Part shown: positions 48,687 through 60,471 of the stretch, piece after piece | How positions within the stretch are numbered: the stretch's first letter is position 1 | Layout of the letters: every line of letters begins with the position of its first letter | Assembly (NCBI RefSeq): GCF_003918875.1 | Contig: NW_025765481.1 | Coordinates: 496,001-560,000, forward strand | DNA from: Haliotis rubra | Taxonomy: Eukaryota | Length of the DNA stretch: 64,000 bases | Direction of reading: 5' to 3' | Made by a program: the position numbers and the translations under genes | Notes under the pieces: generated by a model | Databases searched by the model: none | What the model saw: the letters and a program-made list of their open reading frames with translations, nothing else | Told to the model about the DNA's origin: nothing

Positions 48687-48785
48687 ATATACTCATGCCA
48701 ATAATGGTTGTCACCCCTCCCACCCACCCCACCCCTCTCAATTAAAAATTGAAGGGGGTGACAACCATTATTGGCATTAGTGTAT
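48687..48785. mobile_element. About 100-bp hairpin mini-MITE (Tc1-like ends)
   Basis: atactcatgccaataatggttgtcacccc ... ggggtgacaaccattattggcattagtgtat. Confidence 0.7.
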
Positions 48786-49502
48786 GTGTGATATAATTCC
48801 TGATATTTTTATCACATATTGCCATTAATGCAGTGTACAGGTCTTTTCCATGACACTTAAAAACATCAATACAGTGGTTTATGACAATATTTTCGTGTTG
48901 TATCACGTGACAGATATGAGACAACAACCACAGATTGTGACGTTTTTTCCTTTTTCATGTTTATGTTAGCAGAAAATAGTACACAGTCCAAATGTTTCAG
49001 TCAGCGGATTTCATCTTCAATCTGAGCATCAATCTGCAGGCATTCAAACATATCATTTGCAATATTTAAGGACATTTAGTCAGTATGGTTAACATTTAGT
49101 TGTGCTCAGTATATATTTGTGTTAGATTTTAAACGATATATGAAATATACTGGATGTGGGTGTGTGGTTGTGGTTGTGGGCGTGGGCGTGGGCGTGGGCG
49201 TGGGCGTGGGCGTGATCATGGGTGTGTGGGGGGCATGGGGATGTGTGGGCGTGGGTGTGTCGGTGTCGGTGTCGTTGTCGTTGACGCGGCGAGTGACACA
49301 TTTAGTACCCGGTGTGGGTTACTGTTGAAAAGGCTTGAGAGAAAGCACTGCCCTGTTGTGCACACATAACGGCGGTCGGGTTTAACAGTACGTGACAAGT
49401 CCGCGTGACAGTCGATTCTCAGAGTCATTTGTCCACTGACTGTGAATTTTGATGAGTCAGCATACGGCTAAGCTCTACCCTTTGTTCACTGTCTGAGCGA
49501 AT

Positions 49503-49611
49503 TATACTCATGCCAATAATGGTTGTCACCCCCCTCCCCACCCCAACCCCCACACCCCCTCTCCAATTAAAAAGAATGAAGGGGGTGACAACCATTATTG
49601 GTATGAGCATA
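49503..49611. mobile_element. Second copy of the hairpin mini-MITE
   Basis: Same 30-bp TIRs and C-rich spacer. Confidence 0.7.
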
Positions 49612-49981
49612 TTTAGGATACACGATTACATCAGTTACCGGCTATGAAGACGTCGTTTCCTCAGTCACGTCCAAATCTGTCGCTACCATGTAGATGAGAA
49701 GATATCCCAGTGTCGGGCACGTCAGACAAACCTTCCCAGAACTTGAAATGACTAACAGGAACTCTGAATTAGCCGATAAAAAGAGAGCTTTCTCTGGCTT
49801 TACGCACTACTTTAAAACATTTTGAAAAATATTTTGACAAAGTTATCGTGTCAAAATACGAAAAGAGAACAAAATTTCATACAGGAATGTCTGATAAATG
49901 ACCAAGCTTGTATAGTATCACTTCATACGGGCTATGGAAATTCCCTCCCATTTCACACGCTTATCCCACTGTTCAAGCGAG

Positions 49982-50147
49982 TGTGAGTGAGTGACAATGG
50001 TTTACGCCGCTTTTAGCAATATTCCAGCAATGTCACGGCGGGGGTACACCAGAAATGGGCTTCACACATTGTATCCATATGGGGAATCGAACCCGGGTCT
50101 TCGGCGTGATGAGCGAACGCTTTAACCACTAGGCTAACCCACGCCCC
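49982..50147 (-). mobile_element. SINE family A with TSD gttcaagcgag
   Basis: Reverse-complement consensus with a flanking direct repeat. Confidence 0.85.
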
Positions 50148-50523
50148 GTTCAAGCGAGAGACTGGCAATGATTTTCAAGCAGTCGTGCAGCCCTTAACTG
50201 TCGTAGTGAACAACCTGTGTTAACCGTTTCTAGATCTGAGTCAAAGTGATTTCCTCACTGTAATACACAGTAAGAATCCGTGGGTATTTGTTCGTTTTTC
50301 CTGCCATAGGAGTAGAAAACCTGTTACTGAGTACGTTGCATAGCGTTACCTCCGCCACGATATGGGTGACAACCCCATTCCCAAATAGCTCCATCCGTGA
50401 TGTTTAGAAACACTTGTATAATGGTGTATTATCATTCATGACGTGATCTCGGGCGACTTTTAGTGTACAGTATTACGCAATTTTTAAGCACGTCGCAAAA
50501 CTAGTCATCTATGACGAAATTAG

Positions 50524-50697
50524 NNNNNNNNNNNNNNNNNNNNNNNNNNNNNNNNNNNNNNNNNNNNNNNNNNNNNNNNNNNNNNNNNNNNNNNNNNNNN
50601 NNNNNNNNNNNNNNNNNNNNNNNNNNNNNNNNNNNNNNNNNNNNNNNNNNNNNNNNNNNNNNNNNNNNNNNNNNNNNNNNNNNNNNNNNNNNNNNNN
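50524..50697. other. Assembly gap
   Basis: Run of N. Confidence 1.
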
Positions 50698-51447
50698 GCA
50701 TATATCGATGCTCATGATGTTTATCACCGGATTGTCTGGCCCATACCACATTATTTCCAGGCCGCCGCCAAGTAGCTGGAATCAAACATTCGTTCATTCG
50801 ACAGTTTCCGTCAGTAATTTCATTTTGATTCATTAGATTTACTTTTGCAAAAACACTCGGGAAAATAACACCAATAAATACATCAATGGATTTTAATTCT
50901 AGGAACCCATTTGTCCCAAACCAATCTGTGCCGGTTTTTGAAATAAGAAAGCTTACAACCGTTGCCATAGACATACATACATGACATGGTTTAGGTGTTT
51001 TATTCAGAGACACACTATAGCCTCCTGAATACCAGCATGACAATCCATGCCTGACTGCCGTAGGGATAAAGTGCTTTATCACAATAGTGACTCCGTGTTG
51101 AAGAAACATACGTATAGTCGTATAGACTAGGTCAGCCTTCCCTCACAAACACACTTAGGTTGACCGCATATATATTGTGAGTTTTGATTGATACTCATTT
51201 CATAAACATGACAACTGTAAAACCTCATGTAAACAGAATGAAGCACAGTTCCCTCTGTGGAATAATAGACATGAAGTATATTATCTACATCAAATTATTA
51301 ATATGTTTCTGGGTCTATGTATTGATATATGTGTAATTAATGTGCTCGTTTATGAATGCTGTAAAATGTATTGATTTGTTAGTGTGTTTGTGTGTCAGTT
51401 TGTGTTTATGTTTGGCTGTTTGTTAATACATGTTTGCGTTAATCTGT

Positions 51448-51617
51448 GGGGGCGGTGGGGTAGCCTAGTGGTTAAAGCGTTGGCTCGTCACGCCGAAGAC
51501 CCGGGTCCGAATCCCCACATGGGTACAATGAGTGAAGCCCATTTCTGGTGTCCCCCGCCGTGATATTGCTGGAATATTGCTAAAAGCGGCGTAAAACCAT
51601 ACTCAGTCAGTCAGTCA
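51448..51617 (+). mobile_element. SINE family A, full length, TSD gttaatctgtg
   Basis: A and B boxes, a (cagt)n tail and a flanking direct repeat. Confidence 0.9.
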
Positions 51618-52152
51618 GTTAATCTGTGAATTGTGCTTTAACCACTAGGCTATCCCACGAGAACGGCATTGCTGTCTCGAGTAGGAGAATGAAATGGGAC
51701 ACGCCTTTGTTTCCTATCATAGACGGGAACAATGCTTTGAAAACTATACATGACAATAATGTTCTTGTTGATGGCTAGTTATCTGAAGCATCATCGGAAC
51801 ACTTTACAGGGCGTGTAATAAGTTAAGGGGAAAGTCCAAGTAGCTCTCAATTCCTTAAAAACGTAAACATAGTTGGGGACACCAGAACTAGAGTTCAAAA
51901 TACTTCGGCGTAACGAGCAAAAACCAGTTGGCTATCGCACAGTCTCCACTGGTGAAAGAAGTTAAATGAGAATCGAATGGTCGCAATACGTCATTCTACC
52001 CCGACTACTTGAGGTCATTCATGCTATCAATCACTGAGTTAACTCGTTAAAACAGTGTTATATCACTAAAAGATTCTAGGGGGGCAGCTGCCCCCTCACC
52101 CCCACCCTGCCCCCCCTGGGCTCCCTACGGCCCTGGGTTGACAACACGTCAG

Positions 52153-52420
52153 GCCCGTGAAGATCCGGGTTAGAACTGGTCTTCAGTAACCCATGCTTGT
52201 CGTAAGAGGCGACTAACGGGATCAGGTGGCCAGGCTCGCTGGCTTGGTTGACACATGTCAACGTATCCTAATTGCGTAGATCGATGCTCATACTGTTGAT
52301 CACTGGATTGTCTGGTCCAGATTCGATTATTTCCATACCGCCGGCTTCTAGCCGGGTTATTGCTGAGTGTGGCGTTGAACAGCCAGCCAAGCAACAACCA
52401 ACCAACCAAACAACCAGCCA
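52153..52420 (+). mobile_element. Short retroposon family C
   Basis: Complete head and body with an (aacc)n tail. Confidence 0.85.
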
Positions 52421-54345
52421 ACTTAACATGTCAAATGTGTACACCACACCGACTCCCGGCACTCTCTTACCCCCGGCTCAACTCATTAAAACTGAACAGG
52501 CTCGGTTTGTAAAGTGCTGTTCACAGGTACACAATGGCGGTTTTCAAAATGCACTTCTGTCTCGGTGCAGCGTTGCACATGGGAATACCTTGCATAATAT
52601 GCTTGCATTATACCAGGGACAGCTGAATGTTGGTATATTGACAGACACATCGACAGACATTGTCATAACCAACATCCGGAACGCGTGATCCTAGTTTCCG
52701 CTCTGTCTGAGTTGGCCGTATACAAGCAGACAGGTTGGGTCAAATTACGTCAACAGGCAACAGCTTGAGGCGGAATGGAGTTGTGAGTGTACTTGAGAGG
52801 TAAGTGTGTGAATCATGTGTTTCCTTGTTGTATTGCAAGTAACAGTAAAGCTGTACTGGTAATAGTGGTGTGTTTATGTTTTCGACTGACAAGTCATGTA
52901 TGTGTACGAGTATATTAATATGGCCCTCATGGGGGTTACAGCACAGTTTCAACGTTGACGAATAAAGCGTGTCTGCAACACGATATAGCAGGTTGTATGG
53001 TGACACACCTACAGACAGTATCGGGGCGAGTCGAGAATCCAGTACACACTTATTGGTCTCTGGCTGACAAAAGGCAGTTAAACGAATAGTCTATATCACA
53101 GTCTCGGAACCATATTGTTTTTCTTTCCGTCAAATCCTGTCTGTGACCCAGATTTACGTTGTAAGTTTAGATTTTCCTCTTCTCCTATCTCCCTGGGGCT
53201 CTTTTCAATTTAGAGGTAGTTGTTTCCAACAATTACATATTTCAGAGGACAGGATAATTAGATATTTTATTGCGGCACCTTAGGTAATTGGGCTTCATGT
53301 GGAATGCACCGGGAGTGAGTTAATGGCACACTGTGGGAGAGGACTGGGAGAGGGTTCGTGGAGGAGAGGGGTGTGAGAGGTGTGTGTGTGTAGAAAAGCA
53401 TCTGCCATAGCTCTTATATAACTGACGCGTAAAGAGTTAACAGGCGTGATCCGCTGGTCACATGTCATCGTATCCCAAATACGTAGATCGGTGCTTACGC
53501 TGTTGATCACTGGATTGTCTGGTGTTATGTAAAGACCGCCGTCATATAGCTGGAATATTGCTGGGGTAAAAGACAACCAACCAAACAATCTTACATAATC
53601 TTACATAACTTGTACTCAAATACTCAAGCACTCGCCGAAGGAATGTTATATTGTCAGTCAATGAAAATCATTGTATGATCAATTGACATGTATTTGACTG
53701 TTGTTCATATTTGAATCCTCTGAACTCAGCTTCTCTTCTGTGATGAGAAAAGGAACCACCGACCTCGATTCATAAATGTGGAACAAAATTGAAACATTAA
53801 AAAGCGTTCCGAGTAAGTACCATAATAACAAAACCATTCAGCCAGATCCATGTAGGAATGCAATTCGTTTTATGGTAATTTATTATTTTATTTAATTTAT
53901 GGAAATTCAATGGATGTGAACCCTGATATAAAGTGACTTTGACCCTGTCTCGCAACCTGGATAGGCTTAGTTCATACTGCGTACTGTCTTAATCGACAAA
54001 AGGCGGATTCTTGATCACCTGATATTCAGATCGTTTGCTCAACAAATGATTCTACTGAAGCGTCCATCCCAGACAGAACGATACATCTGATTTCTGTATC
54101 TCTAAAATGAACAAAAACGATCAGTTTCGAATGGAGACGAAGACGCGTCCGTGCAATCAGACTATTGCGGATTATTCATACACCGGGTCGTTTCTGAGCG
54201 TCTTGCCATCTGTTTTAACGGTTAAAGGTTATGTCAGATTATATGTTTATATTTTGGTTTGGAAAAAATGCATTTGAACTGTGAATTTATCCGTGATCGT
54301 TATTGAAACACCATTCCAAACGCAGACATATATGACTACCTTATG

Positions 54346-54470
54346 TGAGTGAGTGAGTGAGTGAGTGAGTATGGTTTTACGCCACTTTTAGCAATATTCC
54401 AAATATCACGTGGGGTGGGGGGTGGGAGGGGGGACACCAGAAAATGGGCTTCACACATTGTACCCATGTT
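54346..54470 (-). mobile_element. SINE family A 3' part
   Basis: (gtga)n followed by ggttttacgccacttttagcaatattcc...cacattgtacccatgt. Confidence 0.7.
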
Positions 54471-55204
54471 TGGGCTACCTTATGTGTGGACAGTTGATAC
54501 GTTTATAGTTGCATGTAATAGAACTAAAATATTTATTGTCAATATCATAATATTCTTCTATCTTTCAGTGAGAGAGTGAGTGAGTGAGTGAGTGAGAAGC
54601 TTAGATGAAGAGAAGTTCTGAGACATTTACCACTTTGGTGAAACCGTTAGCAGATATGACGCTGAATATCCTGGGACATTATCGAGCCAATCCAGGATTC
54701 GATTCCATGATCCTAAGTTTCTGGCGATACCATAGGTTCAGCTTACCTGTCCTGTGGTTAGATGTGTTTGACATACGGTAAAGTAAATAGAGCGTGTTCA
54801 GTAAACAGACACAAGAACGTTAGAAGCCATTAATTGAAGCATGATCATACGAAAAAGGCTTCCATTGTACTATGAAACAGTGTATAAGTGTATAAAACAT
54901 GTTCTCTTTTAGAAATTCGAAGTGTCACTTTATCAAACATGATATTCACTGTTATACATATATAACGTCAAACCAGTTGCCGTATGTCACGATTTGCAAT
55001 TCAATGTTAGCATAACATAAATCAGCTGCGAGGATTCACACAATGAGCACACAGATTTTTACGTGTATGCCTCCATAAACACAAACAATATTGGAATACA
55101 TTGTGTTTCTAAGTCTCAGTGGGGTGCTTCCGATACAATACGCACGTTACCTTCTTAAAAAAGTCATTTGAAATCGTCCAGCTTGGTAATCCAGTACAGC
55201 TCAG

Positions 55205-55610
55205 GCAATCATAAAACTACCCTTCTTAACATTGTGGCAATTATAAAACTATCCTTCTTGACATTGTCGCAATTATAAAACTATCCTTCTTGACATTTGC
55301 AATTATAAAACTATCCTTCTTGACTTTGTGGCAGTTATAAAACTATCCTTATTAACATTGTGGCAATTATAAAACCATCTTTCTTGACATTTGCAATTAT
55401 AAAACTAGCCTTCTTGACATTCGGGCAATTATAAAACTATCCTTCTTGGCATTGTGGCAATTATAAAACTATTCTTCTTGACTTTGTGGCAGTTATAAAA
55501 CTATCCTTCTTGACATTGGCAATTATAAAACTATCCTTCTTGACATTGTGGCAATAACAAAACTATCCTTCTTGACATTGTGGCAATTATAAAACTATCC
55601 TTCTTGACAT
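55205..55610. repeat. 32-bp minisatellite (gcaattataaaactatccttcttgacattgtg)
   Basis: About 13 tandem copies. Confidence 0.95.
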
Positions 55611-57307
55611 GGTCTCAGTGGACATTGTATTAAAATGGCTGGTTTTGATCTGTTTTCATTCAGTTTGTGGGGCGTATTTGTTTCCGTGTCTATCGTCACT
55701 ATATACAAACAATAATCAATACAACAGGTTGTATTATGCCTTTTGTACAGACCCATTCAAATGCAAATTACACTTGTCATATAGTCGACTAAGCTTTCGA
55801 TAATTTTTTCACGACATGTGATATGGCGCAATATCAGTATCGCCGGTTTGAATGAATAATTCACTGACTAATCAACATTAAACGATCAGTAGTTTGTTCT
55901 TTTAGTTCAACAAAATCACACGTCAATTGTTCGTAAAACAGCATATCTTGGGTGTTAGATAATTCAGGGAAGGTGAGCTACAGATTATTGTCTGGCTTAT
56001 ACAAACTATGGTTATCACAGCAGCAGGTTATCAGTGTCTAGGATTGGGTACCAATACATCAATACGATACATTTTAAAAAGCCTTTTTGTCCACTACGGT
56101 CAACCATGACAGATATACAATACATAGACTCTACCTACACTGCCTTCGTATAAATATATGTCTATAGGTATATTCATGCTCATAGTGTTGTGCTATAATT
56201 ATGTTCAGTGAAAGGGAACTTGAAGTGACAGCTCTCGGCCACTACACACCTTAAATGATGTCAGCGGGGCGTTTGGAAACATACAAGGCAATAGCATACA
56301 CCGTACTTCATAGAAAGACATTTATGAAATCCCTTTTGATAAACAAGCACAAGAAATATCTTCTGAAAGACCAGCTCATTGAACGAGTTCCATTCTGATA
56401 TAAGCACGTGTTTATGAAATTTTCATATGGTGAAGACACCAGACGTTAAGGTGAGTAGTTAGCATACATCTCAACATGAATTGAACATTGACAATTTTTA
56501 ATTAAATGTCTTCCCTCGTATCATGAAGAAACTATACACTAGATTCAGACACAGTCCACACACTAGGCACCAATATTATTGTAAGACACTATATACTACA
56601 TAACTACACCATGTTCTCTTTCTCTTTAACATATGGGGGTGCTCGTCACGCCGAAGAGCCGAGTTCTATTCCCCACATGGGTACAATGTGTGAAGTTCAT
56701 TTCTGGTGTCCGTGGAATATTGCTTAACTCCACTTAACTGACTCAATCTTTAACTTATGCAACGACCATGCATACTACTTCAAGGTTCTTGTTAAACATG
56801 ATATCTCAGTGGGCTATGTCTAAGACCATACCATTCAAGGTATGCTTATCATTGCCTGGGGTTTAATATATTTGTTGTGTTTGCCTGAATTTGCCAGCAA
56901 TTGACAACTGACGACTGATACACGCCAGTATCTAGACGGATGATGTAAATCCTCCTGGACTTCATGCCGGTCCCAATGGTCTACAGTGTCACGTTTGTTG
57001 TTTAACGCGTAGTCAGTCGTACAGACCCTGAAGCAAATATATCCAAGAAAGCCCACACAAGTCTAGAAAACGTGGCAAGTCTAGATTTCCTCAGCTGAAA
57101 ATGAAGAAAGTCTCAGGGCTCCTTTTCATTATATATATTTTTTTTCTACTATGAACTTTTTTCAGTAAAATATGTTCATTTAAGAGACTAGTTGTTAGTC
57201 TATTTAACGCCGCACTCAGTAATATAACATGGTAGCCGTCTGTAAATAATTACGTCTGGACCATACAATCCACTGATCAACATCATGAGCATCGGTCATG
57301 AGCAACG

Positions 57308-57549
57308 TTGATCTTCACAGGTCAGTTATATATGTCAGTGACCTTGTTATCTTTGATCTATGTCAGGTATTTTATCTTTGATCTTTACATTACGGGTCAG
57401 TTATATATGTCAGTGACCTTGATATTTTATCTTTGATCTTTACGGGTCAGTTATATATGTCAGTGACCTTGATATTTTAACTTTGATCTTTACGGGTCAG
57501 TTATATATGTCAGTGACCTTGATATTTTAACGTTGATCTTTACGGGTCG
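57308..57549. repeat. 50-bp tandem repeat containing TGACCTTGA
   Basis: About 4-5 copies. gatatttta recurs at 57421, 57471 and 57521. Confidence 0.85.
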
Positions 57550-57591
57550 ACCGTTTATGACGTCCAGTGTTTCTGTTTCAGCGTCAATGCC

Positions 57592-57652
57592 ATGACGTAC
57601 GGGAGGACGCTGTTATTTCAGTTGGTTCTTATTCGGTTCCTGGTGTGCAAAG
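57592..57652 (+). CDS. Signal-peptide exon of a second PAN-domain gene
   Basis: tttcag acceptor at 57581, gccATG, MTYGRTLLFQLVLIRFLVCK, and a phase-1 donor G|GTAACG that joins 58364 in frame. Confidence 0.65.
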
Positions 57653-57949
57653 GTAACGATATACCTTTATACCTTTCATTTTTGTAAATACCTTTAAGTG
57701 CAAGCATGATCTTTTGTCATAAATAGTTTATACATGACATAACAAATTCCTAATTCCTTCAAATGACCCCCACCCCTTTACAAAAGATATAAAGAACACA
57801 TTCAACGAGCGATAAGGGTATATTAATATTGAAGTTTTTGAACTTTGTGAGTCGTTTGTTCCTTCGGGTGTCTCTAAAACTGCTTTCTGTTTTCAAGTGT
57901 GTTTGTACAGCCATGTAAAGATGCAAAGAATGTTATTTCCATCATGACT

Positions 57950-58115
57950 GGGGCGGTAGGGTAGCCTAGTGGTTTAAGCGTTCGCTCGTCCCGCCGAAGT
58001 CCCAGGTTCGATCCCCCACACGGGCACAATGTGTGAAGCCCATTTCTGGTGTCCCCATCGTGATATTGCTAGATTATTGCTAAAAGCGGCGTAACACTAA
58101 TCTCACTCACTTACT
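57950..58115 (+). mobile_element. SINE family A
   Basis: Full-length consensus match. Confidence 0.85.
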
Positions 58116-58147
58116 CCTCTGGGTTCCGAGGCTTCTAGTCTTTCACT

Positions 58148-58188
58148 CACTCTGATGAAGGAACAAGCATATACTCCGAAACGTCGTG
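58148..58188 (+). ncRNA. Minimal type I hammerhead ribozyme in a Penelope-like terminus (element about 58116-58270)
   Basis: CAC-T-CTGATGA-A-GGA-acaagcatatac-TCC-GAAAC-GTC-GTG, followed by AATAAA. Confidence 0.7.
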
Positions 58189-58363
58189 TTATTCACAATA
58201 AAGAAGTTGACATCCATAAATCTTGTTTTTTCTTATGTATTCCACTTCTAAATGCCCTTCAAAGATTTTCACTCACTCTTGCCATCATGTAGGGATCCGG
58301 ATAAAACTATGTATTTGTTTGTAGAAGCACCAGAAATCTCATCCTCTGAATTCTACACGTCAG

Positions 58364-58603
58364 GTCAGACATGCAGCTTCAAGGAGACGGCGGGAAAGAA
58401 GGGGATGGAAAGCCTGTGGATTACCTCCGGGAATATGACGGCAGACGTGGATGGCTGCAAGACCCTGTGTAGCACAACGGAGCTGTGTATAGCAGGGGAG
58501 TTCCACTCCACCACCAAGACGTGTCACATGTACAGCCTGGAGACAAGTCTCACTGCTCAAGCTGACATAGTGTTCTTTCAGTGGAATATTGATACAGGAA
58601 CGG
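58364..58603 (+). CDS. PAN/apple domain exon (paralog of 20003-20224)
   Basis: cag acceptor, G|GTGAGT donor, 240 nt, phase 1-1. Translates GQTCSFKETAGKKGMESLWITSGNMTADVDGCKTLCSTTELCIAGEFHSTTKTCHMYSLETSLTAQADIVFFQWNIDTGT, with the CxxxC-x5-C-x4-F-x6-CxxY PAN pattern. Confidence 0.8.
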
Positions 58604-58614
58604 GTGAGTATTTA

Positions 58615-60099
58615 TATACTAGGCACATAAAAAAACTGTGCATACAAAAATTTAAAATCTAAGACACATAAGGATTTAAACTCAGAGATTAGTGACATGT
58701 ATCCAACATGCATGCACGTGCCACGTTCCGTGACGGCAGTGGGTTCGTCCTTGAGACGTGCAAAACGTTGTTGCACGTGCATTCCGGGAAAGAGAAACAG
58801 AACAAATGAATGTCACACAATACTGTCACTTTGGAAAGCCCTTGCGATCGTTCAAAACATTAAACGGCTATTGAAACGCATAGCATGCCAAGGCTCACGT
58901 CTGCACAACGTCATGAGGCCATCGGGATGGTCCGTGGTGGAATGTCTCAACGACAAGTGGCTGCACATTTCCACTGCCACCGAAACACCATTTCTGCACT
59001 GGTGAGACGCTACCAGAACACAAATGACGTCATCGATCGGCCACGTTCGGGACGTCCACGTGTAACAACGCCAAGACAGGACAGATGGATAAGGGTGACC
59101 CATCTTCGCCACAGGTTTCAGACTGCAGTGATGACTGCCCGAACCATCCCAGGACTTCGCCGTATCCACCCCAACACAGTTCGACAACGTTTACGTCATC
59201 ACGGGATCAGACCACGACGTCCCGCCATACGGCCTATCCTGACACAACGTCATTGACAAGCTCGCCGAATATGGTGCCGAAATCATATCCGCAGACCCTT
59301 GTTTTGGTGGAGAAATGTTGTTTTTACAGATGAGTCCAGGTTTAACATTTCCTATAGTGATGGACGTCAACGTGCCTATAGACGCGTGGAAGAACGTTAT
59401 GCACAGGCCTGTGTCTTGGAGAGGAATCGCTTTGGTGGTGGTTCCGTGATGATTTGGGGTGGAATAACAGCACGACAAAGAACTCCTTTGGTGATTGTTC
59501 AGGGCAACTTAACTGGTGTGGGCTACAGGGATCAGATTCTTCGACCTGTGGCAATTCCTTTTCTGCAACGTCATGGCCCTGGGTTAACATTCCAACAGGA
59601 CAATGCTAGCCCTCATACGGCAAGGGTTGCTAGGGATTTCTTGCAACACCACAACGTTGACTTACTGCCTTGGCATGCAAATTCACCGGGATCTCTCCCC
59701 GATAGAGCATGTTTGGGACGAGATGGTCTGACGTCTACGCCGTCTTCCTCATCCGCCAGATAACGTCCTTGTCCTTGCAACAGACCTTGAGAGAATCTGG
59801 CGTGACATCCCACAAGCCTTCCTTGCACGTTTGATAGGCTCTATGCGTCGATGCACTGCTGTTCTCAATGCCGATGGTGGACATACCCGTTATTGAGCTT
59901 GTGACATGGTCGTTTGACCCCTGTCCCGCTCGTGGACTCGTGACGTCATTGTACTTGACTTTTCAATTGAAATTCTCCCGACTTGTTATGGTCTCATGAT
60001 CCCTCCATTAAAGTTTAAATGAACCTTAGACATTGTTATCGTACTTATCAACTGGGATAATATTTTGACAATGCACAGTTTCTTTATGTGTTTAGTATA
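58615..60099 (+). mobile_element. Tc1-family transposon; transposase at 58885-59896 with a stop and frameshifts
   Basis: TIRs tatactaggcacataaaaaaactgtgcat / atgcacagtttctttatgtgtttagtata. Motifs RSGRPRVTT, VVFTDESRF, GGGSVMIWG, FQQDNASPH and GGHTRY*. Confidence 0.9.
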
Positions 60100-60471
60100 G
60101 AAACTATTTCTTTATAAATAAGTAGAATATATTAAATATACACATCACACTTACTACATTCTTAAGTTTTAAAAACCGTTTCATACTAAAAGTACATTAG
60201 GAAAATATGTATTAAAACTATTCTCGCTTCCTCGATACTTCAAATAGCAGGAAAATAGGAAAATGTGAATTCTGGGATTTGGGCGATCTGGGATTTGGTC
60301 GATCTCACTTTATCATGGTTTGAAAGAAATGTTCGTTCCGGGACATTACAACTGATCATACTAACTTAAATGTGTTTGCAAAGCATTTTTCTTTACTTGT
60401 AAGCAATGGAATCTGTGCACTTCATTAATTAATCAAATTAAAACTTACCCACTGAGCCTTTGTGTCCTGGC

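Noticed and set aside
52645-52799. Possible plus-strand exon ending in AG|GTAAGT
   Set aside because: All frames from the nearest acceptor contain stops, and there is no recognisable protein.
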